Source of the DNA: Octopus vulgaris
Taxonomy: Eukaryota
Assembly: GCA_951406725.2 (NCBI GenBank)
Contig: OX597820.1
Location: 10,044,001 to 10,108,000 of the forward strand
Reading direction: 5' to 3'
Length of the DNA: 64,000 bases
Program-made: the position numbers and the translations under genes
Part shown: piece after piece, positions 38,231-51,146 of the stretch
Layout: the number at the start of each line of letters is the position of its first letter
Numbering within the stretch: the first letter of the stretch is position 1
Notes under the pieces: model-generated
Seen by the model: only the letters and a program-made list of their open reading frames with translations
Databases searched by the model: none
Told to the model about the DNA's origin: nothing

Positions 38231-41200
38231 CCTCCCAAATTTACAAACTTATTTTAGCGGTCTTTCAGTTTTTCTAAGCCCTGTAAAAGGATTCGGAGGG
38301 TTGGTCCGCCAGCCTATCTATCTATCTATTTGCTTCCGTGTTGCTCATGCTTAAGTTGTCGTGTATGTATGTATATATATATGTATGTATGTATATATGT
38401 ATGTACGGATGGATGTAAAGTAAAACAAAACAGACGAATTTACTTTTTTACGTGTTTCAGTCATTTGACTGTGGCCATGCTGGAGCACCGCCTTTAGTTG
38501 AGCAAATTGACCCTAAGACTTATTCTTTGTAAGCCTTGTACTTATTCTAACGGTGTCGTTTGCCTAACCGCTCAGTTACGGTGACGTAAACACCAGCATC
38601 CGTTTCAAGCGATGTTGGGAGAGAGGACAAACACAGACACACAAGCACACACAAGCACACACACATACACACACACACACACACATACACACACACACAC
38701 ACATATATATAAATATATTTGACGGGCTTCTTTCAGTTTCTGTCTACCAAATCCACTCACAAGGCTTTGGTCGGCCTGAGGCTATAGTAGAAGACACCTG
38801 CCCAAGGTGCCATGCAGTGGGACGGAACCCGTAACCATGTGGTTCGTAAGTAACCTACTTACAACACAGCCACTCCTACGCCTATGTTTATTTATATAAT
38901 ATTTATTTACATCATTTTACGCATATTCAATTAACAATGAATATCATTATGTAAGGACAATCTTATAACCTGATTGCCTTATTAAATCTTTAGAAATTGC
39001 TTATCATTCATTTGTTATTTTTAGTATTGATATGGCGTAGACGACATTGTTCTCTTGTGGTAATAATCGCCAATCTCGAAATTGCAAAATATACATTTGG
39101 CTAATCTGCTATATATCAACCTGTTTATCTATCTGGGTTTATGTATCTCTATGTATGAGTGTATGAGTGCCTGTCTGTGTGTGTGCATGTGCCTCATTGA
39201 ATCTGTGAATGACAGTACCAAACTATTTTATATTTTTGAGATGAGAAATTATGTACATTATTTACGATTGACTGATAGGTATCCTCGCCTTGTTTCTTGT
39301 TATCACAACGTTTCGGCTGGTGTACTTTCCAGCCTTCGCTAGGTGTACTAGTGGAATTTCGAACCCTTTATTTGTCTCATAGGGCACTCTGTTCTTATTC
39401 CTAAGGTATGTTGATGATGTGATTTTTCTGTTGATATTATCTAAGTTTAATCATAGGCAGCGATTTAAAAAAATAATATTAACAGTAAACTAACATCGGC
39501 AACATACCTTAGGAATGAGAACAGAGTACCCCATTAGTTAAATAAAGGGCTGGGTTTGAAATTCCACCAGAATACTTGATGAAGGCTGGAGAGTATACCA
39601 GCCGAAACGTGGTAACAACAAACAAGATGAGGACAAATATAGGTCAAATGTAAATAAAAATATATCATACTATATTTCGTTAATATTTGAGTCAGGATGA
39701 TAACCAGGAATATGAGACCTAGGTGTTACGAAATAGTGTCAAGACAACCCAAAGCATGAAGACAGAGCGTCTAATTGGTTGCTTGAACACAGAGAAACAG
39801 AAACGTAATGATGTAAAAATACAAAAAAATACAAATGACAGAACGACGAGAATAGATGGCAGACAAAAACGCGAAATAAAATGTAATAAATTTGTTAATA
39901 ATGAAAGATTAAAAATAAAATATAAAATAATAAAACATATAAAAGGAGCAAATTACGTTTGTATTTCTCTGTGTTCAAGTAACTACATCCTACGTTTGAA
40001 ATAATTACCAGTCGTATTAGGTAATGGGGACATATATAAATCCTGAAAATACCGAAATATTTAAGAGTGGTTTTGTCTTTGATTATAGGTTTATTCGAAT
40101 AGTGTTGACCTGATGTTAAACAGTGTCACCAACACCTTTCCAACTTCCTGGATATTACTATGACAAGTCCCAGGATGCACAGAACCGCTTTCCACGGCAT
40201 ATAGAAGACTGAAATCGCGACATTCCCTCTATATGGAGCGCCGGTCCATTATTAGGTAACTCACTTACAGCTGAGTGGACTGGATCAATGTGAAATGAAG
40301 ATTTTTTTCTAAAAAAAAAAAAACAGCGCACCGCCAGGTCCAACAACCGAAACCACGATCTTGTGTGCACTATTCTATCTGCTGGACCACGGGCCTTCAC
40401 ACTAAGCAGTATTAACAACGACATTTCAAATAGTGAACGATATCGCGTCTTTTCCTATTTTGTCAACAACTCCTGCAACAAATATGTTCTAATTAAGTCA
40501 TTGAGAAGTTGGAGCATTTGCAAGTTACTTAAGGTTTAGTCTGGGGCACGGCAAACACTCAGTTTTGAAACTCTTTTGTGGCATAGCTACAGTGTGTATG
40601 TCCTCCGAGGCATTCCCTCAGTTTGACGCCCGTCGCCCCGTGGTCTGTCCCATAAATAGGCTTATAAAACAAACCCGAATGTAGTCTCCATAAAAGTTCC
40701 ACCCCAGGCGGACCACCCATATTCCCCCCATCCAGCTCGCCAACGGCATTTCTTGTCCTTTTAGGTAAACGATTAAATCACTGGAATCCTCTGCAAGCAG
40801 TTTGTAGTCCCTTAATTCATAGTGACGTATGCAATTCATTTAGGCAAATGAGTTTATAGTTGTGGCTCTCTACAAGCAATGCTGTTTTAACTTTGCATCG
40901 TGAATCAACTGTCATTCGTGGGGATCTTCAACAGCTAACGATATCCTATTATTATTTCGTTTATTCGGTGAAATAGCAAAGTTGTAAGATCGTCGAATAA
41001 CACGATTTATGGAATTCGTACCGAATGACGGCGTTTTGTGTTTCAATTTCCAGCCCCAAAATAAACTTTTGCCTTTCATCCATTTGAAGTTGATGAGTAA
41101 AGTACGAGTCCTTGGTAATAAATTATTGTAATTAACATAACATCGGACCAGCTGTGTTTTGCTTATTTCTCCGGCTGTTTGTTTTCTGATGGTAACGTCT

Positions 41201-42855
41201 GAGACGCCATTGCAGCAATGTTTTATCGGCCGTTATAAAAGTGACAGTGAGAGGGAGAGACTTCTTGCATCAATATGTGACTGCTAGACCCGCATGAAAC
41301 ATCTTGTTCAGTCCGGTGTCATAACTGGACTTAGTGAATAACGAGGTTTGATATTTGAGACATCGTTATGTTTTCTGGAAGATACAGATCTACGGTTCCA
41401 CATGACATACGGACATACCCAGGTGAAATGTTTAATGTAAAACGCTTTGAAACTTTGTCACAAGGTTAGTAATGTTTGGGGAGTGAGTAACTGGTGCTTT
41501 TATCGACCCCAGAAGGATGAAAAGTAAAGTCGCTCTCAGCAGAATTTGAACTCAGGACGTAAAGAGTTGCAAGAAACACGGTTAAGCATTTTCCCGAACC
41601 TCCATCGGCCCCGCCTGTTCGCTGCCTTGATGATGTTGTGCATGCATAATTCTTTCTAATTTTGACACAAGGCCAACAATTTTGAGGGGAGGGGAAGTCG
41701 ACTGCATCGTCCCCAGTGCTCAGTTGATACATGTTTTATCGATCTTGGAAAAGACATATGCTCTAAGACATTCCAGGCGTGACGGCCACATCTGTTTTTC
41801 TGCATTGTGTACTTAATGTTATATTAATATTATACGAGACGTATAGGTCGTGATATGATGGATATTTAGCTGCTATTTTTAGCAAAGCGAGCGAGTGACC
41901 GACTGACCACGTAAATGATCCCTCATTGGCTTGTACTGCACGTGCTGATTCAAATGTTACTGGCAGAGTATTCCGTCAGTTACGACAAAGAGTGTTCCAG
42001 TTGAGTCAATTAACCGAAGAGCTTGCTCGTGAAGTTAAGGTGAAAGTGGCTGAGTACTCCACAGACACACGTACCCTTAACGTAGTTCTCAGGGAGATTC
42101 AGCGTGACACACCAAAAGTGACAAGGTTGACAAACTGAACCACACGTACAACTCATTTTTTTGCCAACTGAGTGAAGTGGACTCAAGTAACGTGAAGTAA
42201 AGTGTCTTGATCAAGGACACAACGCATTGCCGCAAATCGAATCCACGACCTTACGATTGTGAACCGAATACACAATCAATTAAAACTACGGGTTTTGTCA
42301 TCTCGTAATTGTTAGTATTTCAGCCAGTATTTAAGTGTTAAAAGTAACACAGTTTTTCGAACTGTAAACATTTATATCCTGTTCATTTGATAGATGAGAT
42401 AGTCGAGCCTGTCAGTGTTGACATAAAAACGTTTTCTTTCCTCTCCTGTACAGATTAACGAAGCTTTATTGACAATGAGGTTGTAGTGCCTAGAGTGGTT
42501 CCAATCTTTTCATACTTCAAGTAGTTGATAGTTTATGCATCAAGGGCTTATTTTATTAAAATATTCTAATATTGCCCAATCAACTGTTGGATTTGCTCAT
42601 CAGAATTTAGTAATTGCCGATGGTTGTGATGCTGATGGTACCGTCGGAAGCATTTATGGTGATGGTATTTGGAAATTCTCATTAGTGTTGCCCGTTTCTT
42701 TTCCTCTACTTTTCTCGCCTTCGTTTAATAAAGAAGACGAAATTAACGGAGATGAAATCTTCAGATTATCGAATTTCAATTTTGTCGAGTAGTGAACGAA
42801 TTGAAAATAGCCTTAGAGGTAAAATGTTTCGATTAGAATGCATAAACTCCTGGGT
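38230..42855 (+). repeat. Segmental duplication block B, copy 1 (contains SINEs at ~38443-38883 and ~42040-42270)
   Basis: Colinear with 50980-55660 and, in part, 46020-49352. Confidence 0.95.
39236..39660. repeat. Fold-back element with decayed hammerheads in both arms (copies at ~47065-47490 and ~52030-52455)
   Basis: ACGTTTCGGCTGGTGTACTTTCCAGCCTTC (left) mirrors TTGATGAAGGCTGGAGAGTATACCAGCCGAAACGT (right). Confidence 0.75.
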
Positions 42856-43813
42856 TTTCGAAAATTTTCACCGGAAATTTTTGCCGAAAATTTTACCCAA
42901 AAATCTTTCAGAAATTTTCACCGAAAATTTTACCAAAAAATTTTCACCAAAAATTTTACTCAAAAATTTTTCGAAAATTTTTACCGAAAATTTTACCCAA
43001 AAATTTTCACCAAAACTTTTTCGAAAATTTTCCCAAAAATTTTTCGAAAATTTTCACCGGAAATTTTTGCCGAAAATTCTACCCAAAAATTTTTCGAAAA
43101 TTTTAATTTCAAAAATTTTCGGGTAAAAATTTTCGAAAATTTTCGAAAAATTTTTGGTGAAAATTTTTGGCAAAATTTTCGGTGAAAATTTTCGAAAAAT
43201 TTTGGGTAAAACTTTCGAAAAATTTTGGTGAAAATTTTAACACGAAAATTTTCGACAAAAATTTTGACCAAAAATTTTTGGTGAAAATTTTTAATAAAAC
43301 TTTTTCAAAAATTTTCACCAAATATTTTTCGAAAATTTTCACCGGAAATTTTTGCCGAAAATTTTACCCAAAAATTTTTCAGAAATTTTCACCGAAAATT
43401 TTACCAAAAATTTTCAAAAAATTTTGGTGAAAAGTTTCCCAAAATTTTTCGAAAATTTTCACCGGAAATTTTTGCCGAAAATTTTACCAAAAATTTTTTT
43501 TTGCAGAAAATTTTACCAAAAATTTTCACCAAAATTTTCGAAAAATTTTCGAAAAATTTTTGGGTAAAATTTTCAAAAATTTTTGCCGAAAATTTTACCA
43601 AAAAATTTTCACCAAAAATTTTTGGGTCAAAATTTTCGAAAATTTTCACAAAATTTTTCGAAAATTTTCACCAAAAATTTTACTAAAAAATTTTTCGAAA
43701 ATTTTCACCGAAAATTTTACGAAAATTTTTCGAAGATTTTCACCGAAAATCCTTTTACAAACTTATTCTAGCGGTCCCCAAAAATTTTTCGAAAATTTTT
43801 CGGACCGGAAATT

Positions 43814-43815
<2 letters not shown>
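42853..43815. repeat. A-tract satellite array 3 (with inverted patches)
   Basis: Direct inspection; GGTGAAAATTTT-oriented patches at ~43120-43285. Confidence 0.93.
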
Positions 43816-43860
<45 letters not shown>

Positions 43861-43930
43861 AATCTATTTCTATCTATCTATGTATTTGCTTCCGTGTTGC
43901 TCATGCTTAAGTTGTCGTGTATGTATGTAT

Positions 43931-44480
43931 ATTATTCTTTCGTTTATTCGGTGAAATAGCAAAGTTATAAAATCATCGAATGATACGATTTATGGAATTC
44001 GTACCGAATGACGGCGTTTTGTGTTTCAGACTCCAGCCCCAAAATAAACTTTTGCCTTTCATCCATTTGAAGTTGATGAGTAAAGTACGAGTCCTTGGTA
44101 ATAAATTATTGTAATTAACAGAACATCGGACCAGCTATGTTTTACTTATTGCTCCGGCTGTTTGTTTTCTGATGGTAACGTCTGAGACGCCATTGCAGCA
44201 ATGTTTTATCGGCCGTTATAAAAATGACAATGAAAGGGAGAGACTTCTTGCGTGAATGTGTGACTGCTGAACCTCCATAAAACATCTTGTTCAGTCCGGT
44301 GTCATAACTGGACATAGTGAATAACGAGGTTTGATATTTTAGTCATCGTTATGTTTTCTGGAAGACACAGATCTACGGTTCCACATGACATACGGACATA
44401 CCCAGGTGAAGTGTTTAATGTAAAACGCTTTGAAACTTTGTCACAAGGTTAGTAATGTTTGGGGAGTGAGTAACTGGTGA
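43931..44480 (+). repeat. Internal fragment of block B
   Basis: Near-identical to ~48805-49352. Confidence 0.92.
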
Positions 44481-46020
44481 TTTTTCGAAACTTTTTACCG
44501 AAAATTTTCCCCAAAAATTTTCACCAAAACTTTCTCGAAAATTTTCCCCAAAAGTTTTTCGAAAATTTTCACCGGAAATTTTTGCCGAAAATTCTACCCA
44601 AAAATTTTTCAGAAATTTTCACCGAAAATTTTACTCAAAAAGTTTCGAAAATTTTCACCGAAAATTTTCCCAAAAATTTTCACCAAAACCTTTTAGAAAA
44701 TTTTCCCCAAAAATTTTTCGAAAATTTTCACCGGAAATTTTTTCTACAAAAATTTTTCAGAAATTTTCACCAAAATTTTACCAAAAATTTTTCGAAAATT
44801 TTCACCGGAAATTTTTGCCGAAAATTCTATTTTTCGAAAATTTTTACTGTAAATTTTACCCAAACATTTTCACCAAAACTTTTTCGAAAATTTTCCCCAA
44901 AAATTTTTAGAAAATTTTCACCGCAAATTTTTGCCGAAAATCTTACCCAAAAATTTTTCAGAAATTTTAACAGAAAATTTGACCCAAAAATTTTACCCAA
45001 AATTTTCACCAAAACTTTTTCGAAAATTTTCACCAAATATTTTTCGAAAATTTTCACCGGAAATTTTTGCCGAAAATTTACCAAAAATTTTTCAGAAATT
45101 TTAACAGAAAATTTGACCCAAAAAAATTTTCACCAAAAATTTTACCAAAAATTTTCGAAAATTTTACCCAATAATTTTTCGAAAATTTTCACCGGAAATT
45201 TTTGCCGAAAATTTTACCAAAAAATTTTTCGAAATTTTCACCGAAAATTTTACCAAAAAATTTTCACCAAAAATTTTTCCCAAAATTTTCACCAAAACTT
45301 TTTCGAAAATTTTCACCGGAAATTTTTTGCCGAAAATTCTACCCAAAAATTTTCGAAAATTTTTACCGTAAATTTTACCCAAACATTTTCACCAAAACCT
45401 TTTCGAAAATTTTCTCCAAAAATTTTTTCGAAAAGTTTCACCGGAAATTTTTGCCGAAAATTCTACCCAAAAATTTTTCAGAAATTTTAACAGAAAATTT
45501 GACCCAAAAAATTTTCACCAAAAATTTTACCCAAAATTTTCACCAAAACTTTTTCAAAATTTTCACCAAATATTTTTCGAAAATTTTCACCGGAAATTTT
45601 TGCCGAAAATTTTACCCAAAAATCTTTCAGAAATTTTCACCGAAAATTTTACCCAAAAATTTTCACCAAAACTTTTTTCGAAAATTTTCCCCAAAAATTT
45701 TTCGAAAATTTTCACCGGAAATTTTTGCCGAAAATTCTACCCAAAAATTTTTCGAAAATTTTTACCGTAAATTTTACCCAAACATTTTCACCAAAACTTT
45801 TTCGAAAATTTTCCCCAAAAATTTTTCGAAAAGTTTCACCGGAAATTTTTGCCGAAAATTTTACCAAAAAAATTTTCACCAAAAATTTTACTCAAAAATT
45901 TTCACCAAAAATTTTACCCAAGAATTTTTCGAAAATATTCACCGAAAATTTTAATAAAAAATTTTTCGAAAATGTTCACCGAAAATTTTACACAAAAATT
46001 TTCCGAAGATTTTCACCGAT
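44478..46020. repeat. A-tract satellite array 4
   Basis: Direct inspection; colinear with array 5. Confidence 0.95.
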
Positions 46021-46103
46021 CCTCCCAAATTTACAAACTTATTCTAGCGGTCCTTCAGTTTTTCTAAGCCCTGTAAAAGGATTCGGAGGGTTGGTCCGCA
46101 AGC

Positions 46104-46171
<68 letters not shown>

Positions 46172-46496
46172 GTATTTGCTTCCGTGTTGCTCATGCTTAA
46201 GTTGTCGTGTATGTATGTATATACGTATGTATGTATGTATGGATGGATGGATGTAAAGTAAAACAAAACAGACGAATTTACTCTTTTACTCTTTTACGTG
46301 TTTCAGTCATTTGACTGTGGCCATGCTGGAGCACCGCCTTTAGTTGAGCAAATCGACCCCAGGACTTATTCTTTGTAAGCCTAGTACTTATTCTAACGGT
46401 GTCGTTTGCCTAACCGCTCAGTTACGGTGACGTAAACACACCAGCATCCGTTTCAAGCGATGTTGGGGAGGGGACAAACATAGACACACAAGCACA

Positions 46497-46540
<44 letters not shown>

Positions 46541-49352
46541 AATATATTTGACGGACTTCTTTCAGTTTCTGTCTACCAAATCCACTCACAAGGCTTTGGT
46601 CGGCCTGAGGCTATAGTAGAAGACACTTGCCTAAGGTACCACGCAGTGGGACTGAACCCGGAACCATGTGGTTCGTAAGTAACCTACTTACAACACAGCC
46701 ACTCCTACGCCTATGTTTATTTATATAATATTTATTTACATCATTTTACGCATATTTCATTAACAATGAATATCATTATGTAAGGACAATCTTATAACCT
46801 TATTGCCTTATTAAATCTTTAGAAGTTGCATATCATTCATTTGTTATTTTTAGTATTGATATGGCGCAGACGATATTGTTATCTTGTGGTAATAATCGCC
46901 AATCTCAAAATTGCAAAATATACATTTGGCTAATCTGCTATATATCCACCTGTTTATCTGTCTGGATTTATGTATCTCTATGTATGTGTATATGAGTGCC
47001 TGTCTGTGTGTGTGCAAGTGCCTCATTGTATCTGTGAATGACAGTACCAAACTATTTTATATTTTTGAGATGAGAAATTATGTACATTATTTACGATGGA
47101 CTGATAGGTATCCTCGCCTTGTTTCTTGTTATCACAACGTTTCGGCTGGTGTATTTTCCAGCCTTCACCAGGTGTTCTAGTGGAATTTCGAACCCTTTAT
47201 TTGTCTCATAGGGCACTCTGTTCTTATTTCTAAGGTATGTTGATGATGTGATTTTTCTGTTGATATTATCTAAGTTTAATCATAGGCAGCGATTTAAAAA
47301 AATAATATTAACAGTAAACTAACATCGGCAACATACCTTAGGAATGAGAACAGAGTACCCCATTAGTTAAATAAAGGGCTGGGTTTGAAATTCCACCAGA
47401 ATACTTGATGAAGGCTGGAGAGTATACCAGCCGAAACGTTGTGGTAACAACAAACAAGATGAGGACAAATATAGGTCAAATGTAAATAAAAATATATCAT
47501 ACTATATTTCGTTAATATTTGAGTCAGGATGATAACCAGGAATATGAGACCTAGGTGTTACGAAATAGTGTCAAGACAATCCAAAGCATGAAGACAGAGC
47601 GTCTAATTGGTTGCTTGAACACAGAGAAATAGAAACGTAATGATGTAAAAATACAAAAAAATACAAATGACAGAACGACAAGAATAGATTTCAGACAAAA
47701 ACGCGAAATAAAATGTAATAAATTTGTTAATAATGAAAGATTAAAAATAAAATATAAAATAATAAAACATAAAAAAGGAGCAAATTACGTTTGTATTTCT
47801 CTGTGTTCAAGTAACTACATCCTACGCTTGAAATAATTACCAGTCGTATTAGGTAATGGGGACATATATAAATCCTGAAAATACCGAAATATTTAAGAGT
47901 GGTTTTGTCTTTGATTATAGGTTTATTCGAATAGTGTTGACCTGATGTTAAACAGTACCAACAACACCTTTCCAAACTCCTGGACATTACTATGTCGAGT
48001 CACAGGATGCACAGAACAGGTTGTCCGGTTTCCACGGCATATAGAAGACTAAAATCGCGACATTCCCTCTAAATGGAGCGCCGGTCCATTACTAGGTAAC
48101 TCACTTACAGCTGAGTGGACTGGATCAATGTGAAATGAAGATTTTTGTCTAAAATAAAAACAGCGCACCGCCAGGTCCAAGAACCGAAACCACGATCTTG
48201 CGTGCACTATTCTAACTGCTGGACCACGCGCCTTCACACTAGACAGTATTAACAACGACATTTTAAATAGCGAATGATATCGCGTCTTTTCCTATTTTGT
48301 CAACAACTCCTGCAACAAATATGTTCTAATTAAACCATTGAGAAGTTGGAGCGTTTGCAAGTTACTTAAAGTTTAGTCTGGACCACGGCAAACACTCAGT
48401 TTTAAAAATCTTTTGTGGCAGCCATTTCCACAGTGGCATAGCCACAGTGTGTGTGTTCTCCGAGTCATGCCCTGAGTTTGACACCCGTCGCCCCGTGGTC
48501 TGTCCCATAAATAGGCTTATAAAACAAACCCGAATGTACTGTCTCCATAAAAATACCACCCCGGGCGGACCACCCATATTGCCCCCATCCAACTCCCCAA
48601 CGGGTTTTCCTGTCCTTTTAGGTAAACGATTAAATCACTGGAACCCTCTGCAGGCAGTTTGTAGTTCCTTAATTCAAAGTCACATAGGCAATTCAGTTAG
48701 GTAAATGAGTTTATAGTTGGGGCCCTATACAGGCAACGCTGTTTTAACTTTGCATCGTGAATCAACTGTCATTCGTTGGGATCTTCAAAAGCTAACGATA
48801 TCCTATTATTCTTTCGTTTATTCGGTGAAATAGCAAAGTTATAAAATCATCGAATGATACGATTTATGGAATTCGTACCGAATGACGGCGTTTTGTGTTT
48901 CAGACTCCAGCCCCAAAATAAACTTTTGCCTTTCATCCATTTGAAGTTGATGAGTAAAGTACGAGTCCTTGGTAATAAATTATTGTAATTAACAGAACAT
49001 CGGACCAGCTATGTTTTACTTATTGCTCCGGCTGTTTGTTTTCTGATGGTAACGTCTGAGACGCCATTGCAGCAATGTTTTATCGGCCGTTATAAAAATG
49101 ACAATGAAAGGGAGAGACTTCTTGCGTGAATGTGTGACTGCTAGACCTCCATAAAACATCTTGTTCAGTCCGGTGTCATAACTGGACATAGTGAATAACG
49201 AGGTTTGATATTTTAGTCATCGTTATGTTTTCTGGAAGATACAGATCTACGGTTCCACATGACATACGGACATACCCAGGTGAAGTGTTTAATGTAAAAC
49301 GCTTTGAAACTTTGTCACAAGGTTAGTAATGTTTGGGGAGTGAGTAACTGGT
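46020..49352 (+). repeat. Block B, copy 2 (partial)
   Basis: Colinear with 38230-41495; ends at GAGTAACTGGTG, then satellite. Confidence 0.95.
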
Positions 49353-50980
49353 GATTTTTCGAAACTTTTTACCGAAAATTTTCCCAAAAATTTTCACCAA
49401 AACTTTCTCGAAAATTTTCCCCAAAAGTTTTTCGAAAATTTTCACCGGAAATTTTTGCCGAAAATTCTACCCAAAAATTTTTCAGAAATTTTCACCGAAA
49501 ATTTTACTCAAAAATTTTACCCAAAAATTCTTCGAAAATTTTCCCCAAAAATTTTCACCAAAACTTTTTAGAAAATTTTCCCCAAAAATTTTTAGAAAAT
49601 TTTCACCGGAAATTTTTGCCGAAAATTCTACCAAAAATTTTTCAGAAATTTTCACAGAAAATTTTACCCAAAAATTTTTCGAAAATTTTCACCGGAAATT
49701 TTTGCCGAAAATTTATTTTTTCGAAAATTTTTACTGTAAATTTTACCCAAACATTTTCACCAAAACTTTTTCGAAAATTTTCCCCAAAAATTTTTCGAAA
49801 ATTTTCACCGGAAATTTTTGCCGAAAATTCTACCCAAAAATTTTTCAGAAAATTTTCAGAAATTTTAACAGAAAATTTGACCCAAAAAATTTTACCCAAA
49901 AATTTTCACCAAAACTTTTTCGAAAATTTTCACCAAATATTTTTCGAAAATTTTCACCGGAAATTTTTGCCGAAAATTTTACCCAAAAATTTTTCAGAAA
50001 TCTTAACAGAAAATTTGACCCAAAAAATTTTCACCAAAAATTTTATCCAAAAATTTTCGAAAATTTTACCCAATTATTTTTCGAAAATTTTCACCGGAAA
50101 TTTTTGCCGAAAATTTTACCCAAAAATTTTTCAGAAATTTTCACCGAAAATTTTACCAAAAAATTTTCACCAAAAATTTTACTCAAAAATTTTTCGAAAA
50201 TTTTTACCGAAAATTTTACCCAAAAATTTTCACCAAAACTTTTTCGAAAATTTTCCCCAAAAATTTTTCGAAAATTTTCACCGGAAATTTTTGCCGAAAA
50301 TTCTACCCAAAAATTTTTCGAAAATTTTTACCGTAAATTTTACCCAAACATTTTCACCAAAACCTTTTCGAAAATTTTCCCCAAAAATTTTTCGAAAATT
50401 TTCACCGGAAATTTTTGCCGAAAATTCTACCCAAAAATTTTTCAGAAATTTTAACAGAAAATTTGACCCAAAAAATTTTCACCAAAAATTTTACCCAAAA
50501 ATTTTCACCAAAACTTTTTCAAAAATTTTCACCAAATATTTTTCGAAAGTTTTCACCGGAAATTTTTGCCGAAAATTTTACCCATAAATTTTTCAGAAAT
50601 TTTCACCGAAAATTTTACCCAAAAATTTTCACCAAAACTTTTCGAAAAGTTTCCCAAAAATTTTTCGAAAATTTTCACCGGAAATTTTTGCCGAAAATTC
50701 TACCCAAAAATTTTTCGAAAATTTTTACCGTAAAATTTTACCCAAACATTTTCACCAAAACTTTTTCGAAAATTTTCCCCAAAAATTTTTCGAAAAGTTT
50801 TCACCGAAATTTTTGCCGAAAATTTTACCAAAAAATTTTCACCAAAAATTTTACTCAAAAATTTTCACCAAAAATTTTACCCAAGAATTTTTCGAAAATA
50901 TTCACCGAAAATTTTAATAAAAAATTTTTCGAAAATGTTCACCGAAAATTTTACACAAAAATTTTCCGAAGATTTTCACC
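49351..50980. repeat. A-tract satellite array 5
   Basis: Direct inspection. Confidence 0.95.
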
Positions 50981-51066
50981 GATCCTCCCAAATTTACAAA
51001 CTTATTCTAGCGGTCCTTCAGTTTTTCTAAGCCCTGTAAAAGGATTCGGAGGGTTGGTCCGCAAGC

Positions 51067-51146
<80 letters not shown>

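Noticed and set aside
42595-42605. CTGATGA on the minus strand (also 55400)
   Set aside because: No downstream stem II-GAAA arrangement.
32450-50980. Satellite blocks alternating with other sequence as a CRISPR-like array
   Set aside because: No constant repeat with unique spacers, no cas genes, eukaryotic context.
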